A stretch of 63,119 nt of DNA, the filler included, from Octopus bimaculoides (Eukaryota), in the NCBI RefSeq assembly GCF_001194135.2. It is 4 parts of 3 records of this genome, joined end to end, with 100 filler letters (N's around TTAATTAATTAA, not from the genome) between each part and the next. Parts side by side here need not be neighbours in the genome. Positions count along the whole stretch, not along the records: positions 36,396 to 60,668 come from NC_068986.1; positions 60,769 to 63,119 come from NW_026344303.1; 2 more parts are not named here. One strand, written 5' to 3'. Below are positions 48,909-62,717 of the stretch, piece by piece. Under the pieces are notes generated by a model. That model worked only from the letters and a program-made list of their open reading frames with translations, searched no databases and was not told the origin of the DNA. Within the stretch, counting starts at the first letter, position 1. Each line of letters begins with the position of its first letter. A program made the translations under genes and the position numbers.

Positions 48909-49643
48909 NNNNNNNNNNNNNNNNNNNNNNNNNNNNNNNNNNNNNNNNNNNNNNNNNNNNNNNNNNNNNNNNNNNNNNNNNNNNNNNNNNNNNNNNNNNN
49001 NNNNNNNNNNNNNNNNNNNNNNNNNNNNNNNNNNNNNNNNNNNNNNNNNNNNNNNNNNNNNNNNNNNNNNNNNNNNNNNNNNNNNNNNNNNNNNNNNNNN
49101 NNNNNNNNNNNNNNNNNNNNNNNNNNNNNNNNNNNNNNNNNNNNNNNNNNNNNNNNNNNNNNNNNNNNNNNNNNNNNNNNNNNNNNNNNNNNNNNNNNNN
49201 NNNNNNNNNNNNNNNNNNNNNNNNNNNNNNNNNNNNNNNNNNNNNNNNNNNNNNNNNNNNNNNNNNNNNNNNNNNNNNNNNNNNNNNNNNNNNNNNNNNN
49301 NNNNNNNNNNNNNNNNNNNNNNNNNNNNNNNNNNNNNNNNNNNNNNNNNNNNNNNNNNNNNNNNNNNNNNNNNNNNNNNNNNNNNNNNNNNNNNNNNNNN
49401 NNNNNNNNNNNNNNNNNNNNNNNNNNNNNNNNNNNNNNNNNNNNNNNNNNNNNNNNNNNNNNNNNNNNNNNNNNNNNNNNNNNNNNNNNNNNNNNNNNNN
49501 NNNNNNNNNNNNNNNNNNNNNNNNNNNNNNNNNNNNNNNNNNNNNNNNNNNNNNNNNNNNNNNNNNNNNNNNNNNNNNNNNNNNNNNNNNNNNNNNNNNN
49601 NNNNNNNNNNNNNNNNNNNNNNNNNNNNNNNNNNNNNNNNNNN

Positions 49644-49692
<49 letters not shown>

Positions 49693-49809
49693 CGCTTCTC
49701 GCTTTCTCGTTATCATTTTCCTTGCCCACCGATATTGAGGTCTACCTCTATTGTCACACGCATATGTATATATAAATATACACGCATATGTGTACATAGA
49801 TACATATGC

Positions 49810-49845
<36 letters not shown>

Positions 49846-49909
49846 ACATATATCTATATATATACATAGAGAGAGAGAGCTATATATTGATACAGACAGA
49901 CCGACAAGC

Positions 49910-49965
<56 letters not shown>

Positions 49966-50289
49966 GTGTGTGTAGATTGCTGACATGCTTGAGTGCTTAA
50001 GATGTTCATTCGGCAACCGTTACGTCAGGTTTTCCAGTTCACTGACTTGGCAGCCGGAGGAAATGCTTTATTGACAGCCACGGGTCGATCCAAGCCTTAT
50101 GAGGGAATTTAAATACATGGAAACTGCACAGAAGCCCGTTCAAAGGACAGCTCTTGTAATTCAAATATTTTGCTTTGTGGTCGATTATCAGAGAGTATAA
50201 CTGAACGAAAAGAAAGACAAAGAGAGGGAAAACAATGAATGGAAAGAAGAAAAAAAGAGAAGAAAATACGGTTATATATACATATGTAT

Positions 50290-50441
50290 AGGTGCAGGCG
50301 TGGCTGTGTGGATAAGCTTGCTTCCCAACCACATAGTTCCGGATTCAGTCCCACTGCATGGCACCTTGGGCAAGTATCTTCTACTATAACCAGGGCACAA
50401 CCAAAGCCTTGTGAGTGGAGTTGGTAGAAAGAAGCTCGATG
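50290..50441 (+). mobile_element. SINE family A head/core ending in (TA)n and a gap (older copy at ~50010-50140)
   Basis: aggtgcaggcgtggctgtgtgg...ggattcagtcccactgcatggcaccttgggcaagtatctt. Confidence 0.85.
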
Positions 50442-51247
50442 TATGTATATATATATATATNNNNNNNNNNNNNNNNNNNNNNNNNNNNNNNNNNNNNNNN
50501 NNNNNNNNNNNNNNNNNNNNNNNNNNNNNNNNNNNNNNNNNNNNNNNNNNNNNNNNNNNNNNNNNNNNNNNNNNNNNNNNNNNNNNNNNNNNNNNNNNNN
50601 NNNNNNNNNNNNNNNNNNNNNNNNNNNNNNNNNNNNNNNNNNNNNNNNNNNNNNNNNNNNNNNNNNNNNNNNNNNNNNNNNNNNNNNNNNNNNNNNNNNN
50701 NNNNNNNNNNNNNNNNNNNNNNNNNNNNNNNNNNNNNNNNNNNNNNNNNNNNNNNNNNNNNNNNNNNNNNNNNNNNNNNNNNNNNNNNNNNNNNNNNNNN
50801 NNNNNNNNNNNNNNNNNNNNNNNNNNNNNNNNNNNNNNNNNNNNNNNNNNNNNNNNNNNNNNNNNNNNNNNNNNNNNNNNNNNNNNNNNNNNNNNNNNNN
50901 NNNNNNNNNNNNNNNNNNNNNNNNNNNNNNNNNNNNNNNNNNNNNNNNNNNNNNNNNNNNNNNNNNNNNNNNNNNNNNNNNNNNNNNNNNNNNNNNNNNN
51001 NNNNNNNNNNNNNNNNNNNNNNNNNNNNNNNNNNNNNNNNNNNNNNNNNNNNNNNNNNNNNNNNNNNNNNNNNNNNNNNNNNNNNNNNNNNNNNNNNNNN
51101 NNNNNNNNNNNNNNNNNNNNNNNNNNNNNNNNNNNNNNNNNNNNNNNNNNNNNNNNNNNNNNNNNNNNNNNNNNNNNNNNNNNNNNNNNNNNNNNNNNNN
51201 NNNNNNNNNNNNNNNNNNNNNNNNNNNNNNNNNNNNNNNNNNNNNNN

Positions 51248-51302
<55 letters not shown>

Positions 51303-51711
51303 AATGCACTTTGCCCGGCGTGCATTTTACCAGTTGGCCGCGTTAGCAATAATAATAATTTCAACAACGATAGGAAGAACGGTGATATAAAAAAAAACAA
51401 AATCCAAAATCAATATCAGCAACAGTGGCAGTATAAAGATGATATATGGCGATAATGATGAGGATGATGATGATGTAATATCATCATCATCATCAACATC
51501 ATCAATAACAACAACTACAACGATGACAACAATGCCGATAAAAACAGCAACTGTGACAAGGTCGAAGAGCAAAACAGGAAAATGGAGTAAGATTGCAAAC
51601 GATTTGAAGTGTTTATCAAAAGGAGTGTAAAAAAAAACAAAAAAGCATTGCTCCATTTATTACGGTGTGACAAAGTTCCCTCCTTTCAGGAATACTGGTC
51701 CCCTTTCTTAT

Positions 51712-52017
51712 TTTTTTTCGTCCTTTTCAAGCCTAGCCAGGCTCATGGGCCCGGTTTCTCGGTTTCTATGGCGTATGTGTTCCCCGCAGCTGGACGGGAC
51801 GCCAGTCCATCGCAGCGTTCCTTAAGAAACAAGAAGAAAGAATGAGAGAAAGTTGGGGTGAAAGAGTACAACAGAGGTCGCCACCACCCCCTGCCGGAGC
51901 TTCGTGGAGCTTTAGGTGTTTTCGCTCAACAAACACACACAACGCCCAGTCTGGGACTCGAAACCGCGATCATCCGTCCGCGAGTCCGCTGCCCTAACCA
52001 CTGGGCCATTGCGCCTC
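51712..52017 (-). mobile_element. Full-length SINE family C carrying a V-domain-like module
   Basis: Reverse complement: gaggcgcaatggcccagtggttaggg (A box), ggtttcgagtccc (B box), the shared C body, then gcgatggactggcgtcccgtccagctg (51813-51787) ... gaaaccgggcccatgagcctggctaggcttgaaaagg. Confidence 0.85.
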
Positions 52018-52134
52018 CCCCCTTTCTTATAATGGAAGTTAATGGTGTGGAGTAAAAGTGAGTGGAAGGTAGTTTATCTTAAGCTTGTTGGACGATAAGT
52101 AAACAAATACGCATTAATATTTATATAGAGCGGA

Positions 52135-52540
52135 AGGAGATGAGCTAGCAGAATCGTTACCGCGCCGGACTTTGCTTTCTGTGTTCAAATGCCGTTGGAG
52201 TCGGTAAAATATGTAGCAGTTGAGTCCCTGGAGTCAATGTAATCGATTTAGTCCCTTTTTCGAAATTGCTGGCCTTATACAAAAATTTGAAACTAATATT
52301 TATGTAGAAAAGAAGGTGGCCAGTTGACGGAATTGTTACCACGCTAGACAAAATGGTTGGAGGCATTTCTCCCGACTTCACGCTCTGAGGTCTACTGTGC
52401 CATTTATCCTTTCGGAATCGATAAAATAAGTACCAGCTGACTACTGAAGACGATGTAATTAACTTGACCCCCACCACCCGCCCACCAGTACCACAACCAT
52501 TGAAATTGCTGGCCTTGTGCCAAAATTTGAAACTAATATT
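52135..52540 (+). mobile_element. Two tandem diverged SINE family B copies
   Basis: Both end with cgaaattgctggcctt(a/g)t(a/g)c(a/c)aaaatttgaaactaatattta (~52260-52304 and ~52501-52544). Confidence 0.7.
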
Positions 52541-52544
52541 TATA

Positions 52545-52765
52545 CAGGGTTGGCCAAAAGTCACCCGACTGTAAATGAAAATTCCATAAATACTATCTAT
52601 ATTTCTGTATTGACTCGAATGGAAAAATGTGTTGCTCAAGAAGAACAATTTTCCTGATGCTCCATGTTTAGATGCTTTTATTAAATTCATTCAATTGTTA
52701 ATCATAAATACATCTTGGAATCAAATGGTTTTGATTTACTGTCAGGTGACTTTTGGCCAACTCTG
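52545..52765. mobile_element. Tc1/mariner MITE (221 bp), TA target duplication
   Basis: 32-bp TIRs CAG(G/A)GTTGGCCAAAAGTCACC(C/T)GAC(T/A)GTAAAT match 29/32. TA at 52543-52544 and 52766-52767. Confidence 0.9.
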
Positions 52766-53255
52766 TATAGATCGGAGGAGGTAGCGATACAAGCTATCAT
52801 GGCGTTACGCGGAATTTCAGGTGGGGAGTTGGGGAGATACACCTTTACGTGTTTCAGTTTCTGACTACGAACTTCCGCTCAAAAGTTAGGGGTCACCACA
52901 AGAAAAAAAAAAAAAAAACTGTCCCTCAAGGAAATGTGATATGACATCGAACCAAGAATTACGAAATTACGAAGCAAAATTCTTAACCGCATGACAATAT
53001 ATTCACGTTGACTTTAAAGTTTATAAGTAAACATGTGAGTGTGTGAAAACTACATGCGTGGGAGAATATCTGTAGATGCTGTTATACATGTGTGTCTAGG
53101 TGAATTTGTGAGTGCGTGAACAGTAGATAACAGAATAGATACACGTTCAAAATGGCCGACTATCATATCGTATTTGCGTGTATTTATTAGCTGAGAAGAT
53201 ATATATGTGTGTGTGTGTGTGTGTGTGCTTATATACATAGAAGTACACACACATA

Positions 53256-53306
<51 letters not shown>

Positions 53307-54329
53307 NNNNNNNNNNNNNNNNNNNNNNNNNNNNNNNNNNNNNNNNNNNNNNNNNNNNNNNNNNNNNNNNNNNNNNNNNNNNNNNNNNNNNNNNNNNNNN
53401 NNNNNNNNNNNNNNNNNNNNNNNNNNNNNNNNNNNNNNNNNNNNNNNNNNNNNNNNNNNNNNNNNNNNNNNNNNNNNNNNNNNNNNNNNNNNNNNNNNNN
53501 NNNNNNNNNNNNNNNNNNNNNNNNNNNNNNNNNNNNNNNNNNNNNNNNNNNNNNNNNNNNNNNNNNNNNNNNNNNNNNNNNNNNNNNNNNNNNNNNNNNN
53601 NNNNNNNNNNNNNNNNNNNNNNNNNNNNNNNNNNNNNNNNNNNNNNNNNNNNNNNNNNNNNNNNNNNNNNNNNNNNNNNNNNNNNNNNNNNNNNNNNNNN
53701 NNNNNNNNNNNNNNNNNNNNNNNNNNNNNNNNNNNNNNNNNNNNNNNNNNNNNNNNNNNNNNNNNNNNNNNNNNNNNNNNNNNNNNNNNNNNNNNNNNNN
53801 NNNNNNNNNNNNNNNNNNNNNNNNNNNNNNNNNNNNNNNNNNNNNNNNNNNNNNNNNNNNNNNNNNNNNNNNNNNNNNNNNNNNNNNNNNNNNNNNNNNN
53901 NNNNNNNNNNNNNNNCGAGTATACGTACATATACGTACATACATACTTACGTACACACACATACAAGCTTACCTACATATTTACATACACCTTATATATA
54001 TCTTCACAGAAAGCAAATATTGACTCATATTCCATTCTCTCAACTACACACTTAGCTTTTTATCTTGCGATATTTACAAAGAAGAAAGGAACACAGCTGT
54101 TGTACGGGAGTTTATTAGCATTTCACATCTAAATATAATGTTTATAGTCGCAGAACAAACTTGTCTCTCTATACGACCGCGTACACGTGCGTCTATCTAT
54201 CTGTGCCTATCTCTAAGCGAAGCTTATGCGTATGTGAGACGCAGACAGACATATATAGGTACATGGATAAACAGACAGACCGAAGAGTGTTTCTGTATGC
54301 ATAGGCGTGTTTGTGTGTGTGTGTGTGTG

Positions 54330-54361
<32 letters not shown>

Positions 54362-54624
54362 GAGGCAGGGGGGGTGTAATCATAAACAAAGTAATATTTG
54401 ACATTTAACATAGGATATATGCATATTTATGTGCTAGTATGTAAGCAACCATATGCGTGTGAATATCTGCCCGTTTGTGTGTAGGTGTGTGTATGTGGTA
54501 TGCAACTATATACATATGTATATTACATGCATGTTACGTATTGCATATCTATATATGTATATATATACGTGAGTGTATGTGTGTATGTATATATATATAT
54601 ATGCATATATGTGTATGCATATAC

Positions 54625-54660
<36 letters not shown>

Positions 54661-54722
54661 ATGTACATACATATAGATGCATATACATACATACAAACAT
54701 ACATATAGATATACATATGTAG

Positions 54723-54759
<37 letters not shown>

Positions 54760-54867
54760 TTTGTGGATGTATGTGTGAGTGCGTATGTAATTTCATACCT
54801 TCCAAAATATGCAATCAGCAAGAGATTTAAACAATCGTGCAAAGTGAGAATATTATTGTTGTTATTC

Positions 54868-54914
<47 letters not shown>

Positions 54915-54929
54915 TCATCATCATCATCA

Positions 54930-54975
<46 letters not shown>

Positions 54976-57900
54976 GTACATGCGTGTATTTGTAAAGGTG
55001 TACCATTATGTATATTTATAATGGATATTATGATCGACAATCATGCACCCACACATATATACACATATGGATGTGTGTGTGTATGTGTGTGTGTGTGCGT
55101 GTGTGCGCATGTGCGCATCGTGTGTGCGCGTGCGAGTGTATGAGTGCGTGCGTGTATGTGTGTGTGTGTGTGTGTAGAGTCTCATACATAAATGAATGCA
55201 AATATGTATTTAATAGAAGTAGTTTTTCTCACTCTCTCCCTCTTTATCTCTCCCCATCACCTTGTTATATATATNNNNNNNNNNNNNNNNNNNNNNNNNN
55301 NNNNNNNNNNNNNNNNNNNNNNNNNNNNNNNNNNNNNNNNNNNNNNNNNNNNNNNNNNNNNNNNNNNNNNNNNNNNNNNNNNNNNNNNNNNNNNNNNNNN
55401 NNNNNNNNNNNNNNNNNNNNNNNNNNNNNNNNNNNNNNNNNNNNNNNNNNNNNNNNNNNNNNNNNNNNNNNNNNNNNNNNNNNNNNNNNNNNNNNNNNNN
55501 NNNNNNNNNNNNNNNNNNNNNNNNNNNNNNNNNNNNNNNNNNNNNNNNNNNNNNNNNNNNNNNNNNNNNNNNNNNNNNNNNNNNNNNNNNNNNNNNNNNN
55601 NNNNNNNNNNNNNNNNNNNNNTCAATGTGTTGTGCACGCATTTATATTGATTTTTTAAAAAGAGTGAAACAGGTTGGGGTGACAGCGAAGTGAGCATTCA
55701 ATACATTTTGTAACCTCCAAAGCGGAAACAGATAAATAAATGAATATACTTAAACAGCAACAGCGGCAACCATAGCAACTCTGAAACAACATCAGAAGCA
55801 ACAGCAGCAGCAGAAGCAGTAGCAGCAGCAGCAGCAGCAGAAACAGCAGCAACAGCAAAAAAAAAAAAAAACAATTACCAAAGCAACAATGATATGGCCA
55901 ATTACAACAAAAGCATCGATTCACTTATTCGATCCTGCCTTCTCTCGATCATTATACAACAATAATTATTATTATTCGTTATTAATTATGGAATTGTATT
56001 TTTAAACTTCAAATTCTGCCTAAGTTAATTTTGCCTTTTATCTCCCTAGAGTCGATAACATAAAGTAGCAATCAAGTATTTGGGTCCTTGTAATCGGCTA
56101 ACAGCCCCCTTTTAAAATTGCTGACACTGTACGTAAAAACAAAACAATTATTGTTTATAACGATGTGTATATCATTTGTAGTTGTAGGTACCAGCTGTAT
56201 GACATTTGTAGTCATAGGTACTAGCTATTTTGTGTCAGAGAAACTTCTCTAAAGAAACTCAGAGCTTACTCAGAATGTCGTTGTCGGATCGTCAAACACA
56301 GGTGTTTCGAACTAATTTAGTTTCGTCAGTGACGATCAATTCTCGAACATTTTGCTTCAGGCGTGTATTTTAATACAATAGTTATTTTTATTATCTTCAG
56401 CATTATGAGCATCGAATAAACTACCCTACGGTATTTCTTCCAACTCTTTACGAACTGGATTCAATTCCCGCCGAGTTTAAATTTCCCGGGGTCTGTCCGT
56501 ACACGATCATGACCAATAGATGTAAGCTGTCATTGTATTGTATTTTCCGCCCTTTATTATTATTTTTTGACACTTCACAGAAGAGTTTCATAGTTTGCAA
56601 TCTTTCAAACAATTTCTTACCTAACTGTCGTTAGATCAATGTCATGCATATCCAATACGAAGCATCATTTTTATAACATTTCATTTATTTCAAAGGCCAG
56701 GATATTTTTCTGACTGCTTACATCTAACATCTATAATCCATATATGTACAGTGCAACTAAAATTACTATTGCTCTTATGAAACAATTTTTTTAACTGTTA
56801 TTGTAACGCTTATATTTTCCTAAACATGGTCTAATATTTCTAAAGCAGCGATAACTCGCCATCTTACGCCTATCTTTGATTTTACATTTTCCATTATTTT
56901 CCTTCTCAATTATTCAAATTCACAAACTTATCTCAATGTCTTCCCTATTGTTCCAATAAGATTGACTATTTCGTTTTTGTTTTTACATTTTTTTCTACAT
57001 CATTTATTTCCATTCCATATCTTCTTGCAGTTGGATCAAGATGTTTCGTAAGATATCTAAGTTCTTTCTCATTTTAATCCTCTTAATTCAGTAAACATCA
57101 CTAACTTCCTCTAACTTCTAATTTAACATTTCTCTTCACAAGTTTCAAAGTTTTCCGCCATTATATATTCTAGAAACACATTTTGGTTTCATTTTGAATT
57201 TCTTGGTCAACCAGTCATGCTAATAAAGAAACGGTAAGAGTTTGATGGGATGTAGGGGGCTGTGAATGGGAGTAGTTTCTTTGGTGCCTTGCAGTTGCAG
57301 CTTTCCAAGGATGGACGGGTGGACAGGCATCACTGCTCCTCTCTCAACTCCTAATCTCTCATTTTATGGCTACTAGTACCACACCCTCGTACCCCCTTTT
57401 CAGCTGGTGGATTAAACTAAGTGAGTGGTTGTGTTAACAGTGCATCAGAAGGCGAAAAACTCCGGGTAAGGCTTCCACTGAGTTACCCGTTAGGACGAAG
57501 AGACCTGCTTAGTTCACTAGTCTAGTGTTCGGGGACAAGGTGTGTCACAGGTAGAGACATATAGTTGTGGCTAACAGCTTGGCAGGGAAAAAAGGTTGGG
57601 AACCAAGGTAACTTGACCATGATACATTCAGGATGATGACAACCAGGCCAGAACCCATACCTGATCGGCCGTCGCCCGGGTTAACATTAAAGAGTGAACA
57701 GGCCTGAATATCACAGAAGGCAGGAGAAGTGACGAAGTCTGGTTAAGATGTCGTCAACGAGTGCAACACGGTCAAGGGATAGGAAGGAAGGAAGGAAGGA
57801 AGGAAGGAAGGNNNNNNNNNNNNNNNNNNNNNNNNNNNNNNNNNNNNNNNNNNNNNNNNNNNNNNNNNNNNNNNNNNNNNNNNNNNNNNNNNNNNNNNNN

Positions 57901-60364
57901 NNNNNNNNNNNNNNNNNNNNNNNNNNNNNNNNNNNNNNNNNNNNNNNNNNNNNNNNNNNNNNNNNNNNNNNNNNNNNNNNNNNNNNNNNNNNNNNNNNNN
58001 NNNNNNNNNNNNNNNNNNNNNNNNNNNNNNNNNNNNNNNNNNNNNNNNNNNNNNNNNNNNNNNNNNNNNNNNNNNNNNNNNNNNNNNNNNNNNNNNNNNN
58101 NNNNNNNNNNNNNNNNNNNNNNNNNNNNNNNNNNNNNNNNNNNNNNNNNNNNNNNNNNNNNNNNNNNNNNNNNNNNNNNNNNNNNNNNNNNNNNNNNNNN
58201 NNNNNNNNNNNNNNNNNNNNNNNNNNNNNNNNNNNNNNNNNNNNNNNNNNNNNNNNNNNNNGGAAGGAAGGAAGGAAGGAAGGGAGGAAGAAAGGAAGGG
58301 AGGGAAAAGGAAGGAAGGAAGGAAGGAAGGAAGGAAGGAAGGAAGGAAGGAAGGGAGGGAAAAGGAAGGAAGGAAGGGAGGGAAAAGGAAGGAAGGAAGG
58401 AAGGAAGGAGACGAGGGGAGAGGAGAGGAGGAAGAGTTTGGCAGCGGTTGGGTTTAGAGGCGAGAAAGAGATTAAGGATGTTTGAAGCATCTGTGTGTCT
58501 TGTCAGGGATTCGTGTGGGATGGTGACGAAACTAGTTGACGTAGAAAATAGGGAATTGTGAAAAATTCGAACGAAGTATGAGAGGAAAAAAAGAAAACAA
58601 AAAGTTGTAAGCATTGACGTCATCGAAGACAATGACTTTGAGAGTGAAGCGAAGTGAGACACATGTCCTCGATACCGGAAGAGACATGGATTGAAAATTT
58701 GCTGGAGGATATGGAGGATCGGTAAAAGAAGCAGTTATTATATCTAGAAGAGCAGAAGAGTGGGGTTTTGAACCAGAGTAACTCTGAGTTTTTGTTGTTG
58801 ATATGATTTGTTCATTTAAATCAGTGGTTTTCCAAGCTACTTAAAGATATTGCAAATTCTTCTCTTGATGGCGATTAATGTCATTGCAATACAGGAATCG
58901 ATTAGCAGCAGCAGAAGCGCAGAGAGATCATACACAGCATCGGTGGGATAGCGGTTGTAGTAATTTTTTGTTTGTTTGTGTGTTGTTGTTGCTGTTGTTG
59001 TTTTTCGTGCGTGAGTGCAAGGTTCGAAGCTGATCAACACTTAAGAAACTTTTGCTTCCTCGTCGTCACGTCCCCAACACTGTTTCAAATTAAATAACCC
59101 TTGGTGACTCAGAATCCTGTGTTAAGCGATGAATATTCTTGCTGGCTTGCTTGCAGTGCTAAGCTCAAATCCTACCTTGTACAAATAGATAAATAAATAA
59201 ATAAATGACAGCACAGAAATGGCGCTGAAAATGAGCTAAAACAACATCAACATCAAATTAATAACATCAGCTATGGCTACAACAGTAATATCAGCAACCA
59301 CAGCAATATCAACTATAACAAAAGCAACAACAACAAAAGTAATACGTAGTAAAACAAACAGAACCCTCAAGGGGAATATGAGACTGCTTGTGTTTTCCAA
59401 TTATTCCCGCTGTTATCTCCAAGTCGATCTCACTCGATTTTCTGATGAGGTATTTTAATTTAACCTTTTTACCTCAAAGGCATCAACAAAGCATTGAAGC
59501 TTACCTTACACAGGTGTTTTTTTTTTTTTGCAGTTGTTGTTAAGTTGTTGTTTTTTGTTTTTTGTTTTTTGTTTTTTGTTTTGTTTTGTTTTGTTTAAAT
59601 TTTAGNNNNNNNNNNNNNNNNNNNNNNNNNNNNNNNNNNNNNNNNNNNNNNNNNNNNNNNNNNNNNNNNNNNNNNNNNNNNNNNNNNNNNNNNNNNNNNN
59701 NNNNNNNNNNNNNNNNNNNNNNNNNNNNNNNNNNNNNNNNNNNNNNNNNNNNNNNNNNNNNNNNNNNNNNNNNNNNNNNNNNNNNNNNNNNNNNNNNNNN
59801 NNNNNNNNNNNNNNNNNNNNNNNNNNNNNNNNNNNNNNNNNNNNNNNNNNNNNNNNNNNNNNNNNNNNNNNNNNNNNNNNNNNNNNNNNNNNNNNNNNNN
59901 NNNNNNNNNNNNNNNNNNNNNNNNNNNNNNNNNNNNNNNNNNNNNNNNNNNNNNNNNNNNNNNNNNNNNNNNNNNNNNNNNNNNNNNNNNNNNNNNNNNN
60001 NNNNNNNNNNNNNNNNNNNNNNNNNNNNNNNNNNNNNNNNNNNNNNNNNNNNNNNNNNNNNNNNNNNNNNNNNNNNNNNNNNNNNNNNNNNNNNNNNNNN
60101 NNNNNNNNNNNNNNNNNNNNNNNNNNNNNNNNNNNNNNNNNNNNNNNNNNNNNNNTATATATATATCGACATATTCACAGAACGAGCATATCATAATTCG
60201 TGTGTTGGGGCGAGATGCATATCTCTCCTTAATTATATTAGCTTCTGATTCGTATTCCATTGACAGTCGCCAGCATCCATTCAGTATTCTGCGTGAAACC
60301 AGACATGCATTTAATATTCCAGTTACCTATAACAAAAAATATAACATCCTTACACACACACACA

Positions 60365-60404
<40 letters not shown>

Positions 60405-60668
60405 CACACATATCAGAAATTTGAGACAGATATATTACTACCGAAGACTGGTTCTTTAGATTTAGTTGTGCCATATTCTTGGGAAGAACATCTAGTAATT
60501 TTTCTCGAGTTCTTTCTTTGATTTGCCGTTTTGATTCTGGCACACCAGAATGGATTTTGGTACATGGATGATTCCGTGTGTCAACGGTTAGGTTTTGGCT
60601 TAAATTTAATTGCCTAAAACCCGGAATATGTGTCTTAACGCCGCCCCGAGTTAACCTAAGCCTTGCGT

Positions 60669-60768
60669 NNNNNNNNNNNNNNNNNNNNNNNNNNNNNNNN
60701 NNNNNNNNNNNNTTAATTAATTAANNNNNNNNNNNNNNNNNNNNNNNNNNNNNNNNNNNNNNNNNNNN
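60669..60768. other. Artificial 100-bp scaffold-join spacer
   Basis: 44 N + TTAATTAATTAA (60713-60724) + 44 N. Confidence 0.95.
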
Positions 60769-60987
60769 TATATATGTATATACACACACACACACACACA
60801 CACACATACACACACACATGCATATATATAGCAGTCGAATAAAAACACGTATATTTGAGTGTTTGTTGTTTGAATGCTGGTCTGTATGAATATCTATTTG
60901 AATGAGAATTTGAAATGTGAGTATATACGCGTATATGAGCGTGTGTGTATATGCGTGTGAGTGTCTGTGCGTGTATATTTTTGCGCA

Positions 60988-61036
<49 letters not shown>

Positions 61037-62296
61037 GCTTGGACATACTGAAGTATATGCGTGTTCAGTTTCAGTAACTAAGGGAGAGACTACCAGACAA
61101 CAGTGTGACCTCTTGACCATTGTCTGACGATGATTCACGAGAGAAACAGTGGGTGGAGTTGGTGAGCTGGTGGGTTTTTGTGGTGCCGCCAATACTGGAG
61201 GTGGAGTTGGTAGAGGGTTACAGCAACTCTGTTAGAATAATGGCCATGGTGGTGCTGGAAATTTTGATGAGTCTTTTTGGCAGAAAATGACTATAGACAT
61301 ATATAATGTNNNNNNNNNNNNNNNNNNNNNNNNNNNNNNNNNNNNNNNNNNNNNNNNNNNNNNNNNNNNNNNNNNNNNNNNNNNNNNNNNNNNNNNNNNN
61401 NNNNNNNNNNNNNNNNNNNNNNNNNNNNNNNNNNNNNNNNNNNNNNNNNNNNNNNNNNNNNNNNNNNNNNNNNNNNNNNNNNNNNNNNNNNNNNNNNNNN
61501 NNNNNNNNNNNNNNNNNNNNNNNNNNNNNNNNNNNNNNNNNNNNNNNNNNNNNNNNNNNNNNNNNNNNNNNNNNNNNNNNNNNNNNNNNNNNNNNNNNNN
61601 NNNNNNNNNNNNNNNNNNNNNNNNNNNNNNNNNNNNNNNNNNNNNNNNNNNNNNNNNNNNNNNNNNNNNNNNNNNNNNNNNNNNNNNNNNNNNNNNNNNN
61701 NNNNNNNNNNNNNNNNNNNNNNNNNNNNNNNNNNNNNNNNNNNNNNNNNNNNNNNNNNNNNNNNNNNNNNNNNNNNNNNNNNNNNNNNNNNNNNNNNNNN
61801 NNNNNNNNNNNNNNNNNNNNNNNNNNNNNNNNNNNNNNNNNNNNNNNNNNNNNNNNNNNNNNNNNNNNNNNNNNNNNNNNNNNNNNNNNNNNNNNNNNNN
61901 NNNNNNNNNNNNNNNNNNNNNNNNNNNNNNNNNNNNNNNNNNNNNNNNNNNNNNNNNNNNNNNNNNNNNNNNNNNNNNNNNNNNNNNNNNNNNNNNNNNN
62001 NNNNNNNNNNNNNNNNNNNNNNNNNNNNNNNNNNNNNNNNNNNNNNNNNNNNNNNNNNNNNNNNNNNNNNNNNNNNNNNNNNNNNNNNNNNNNNNNNNNN
62101 NNNNNNNNNNNNNNNNNNNNNNNNNNNNNNNNNNNNNNNNNNNNNNNNNNNNNNNNNNNNNNNNNNNNNNNNNNNNNNNNNNNNNNNNNTGTGTGTGTGT
62201 GTGTGTGTGTGTATGTGTGGTGTACGTATATGTGTGTGTGTGTGTGTGTGTACGTAAGGATGTGTGTGTGAGTGTCTTTTTGTGTGTGCATTTAGA

Positions 62297-62354
<58 letters not shown>

Positions 62355-62464
62355 TATTCATATGCACATACAAACACATACACATACGTGTACATATACA
62401 TAGACATATTTAATGTGTGCTTTCGTATGTGCACGTGCGTGCGAGTGTGCACGCGCGCGAGTAT

Positions 62465-62479
<15 letters not shown>

Positions 62480-62496
<17 letters not shown>

Positions 62497-62717
62497 ATTT
62501 GTGTATCTGTGTTTGTCTCCTCACCATCGTTCATAACTGATGCTGATGTGTTTACGTCGCCGCAATGTAGCAGTTCGGCAAAAAGTGACCGATAAACTAA
62601 GTAATAGGCTTACAAAGAATAAGTCCTGAGGTGGATTTGTTCAACTAAAGGTGGTGCTCGAGCAGAGCCACAGTCAAATGACCGAAACAAATAAAAGAAT
62701 AAAAGAATAAACGAATA
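62480..62717 (+). mobile_element. SINE family A microsatellite + tail module
   Basis: (TG)n-gtgtttgtctcc...gcttacaaagaataagtcctgagg...aaaggtggtgctcgagc...gaaacaaataaaagaataaaagaata. Confidence 0.8.

Noticed and set aside
51960-52017. tRNA-like A/B boxes here and in other SINE heads
   Set aside because: They run into SINE bodies, are multi-copy and diverged, and lack a complete cloverleaf; they are not tRNA genes.
1684-62527. Dozens of long ORFs containing X runs or YIYI/CVCV/HTHT/IIII/LSIY tracts
   Set aside because: They are artefacts of N-gaps and stop-free microsatellites; no unique coding content or splice support.
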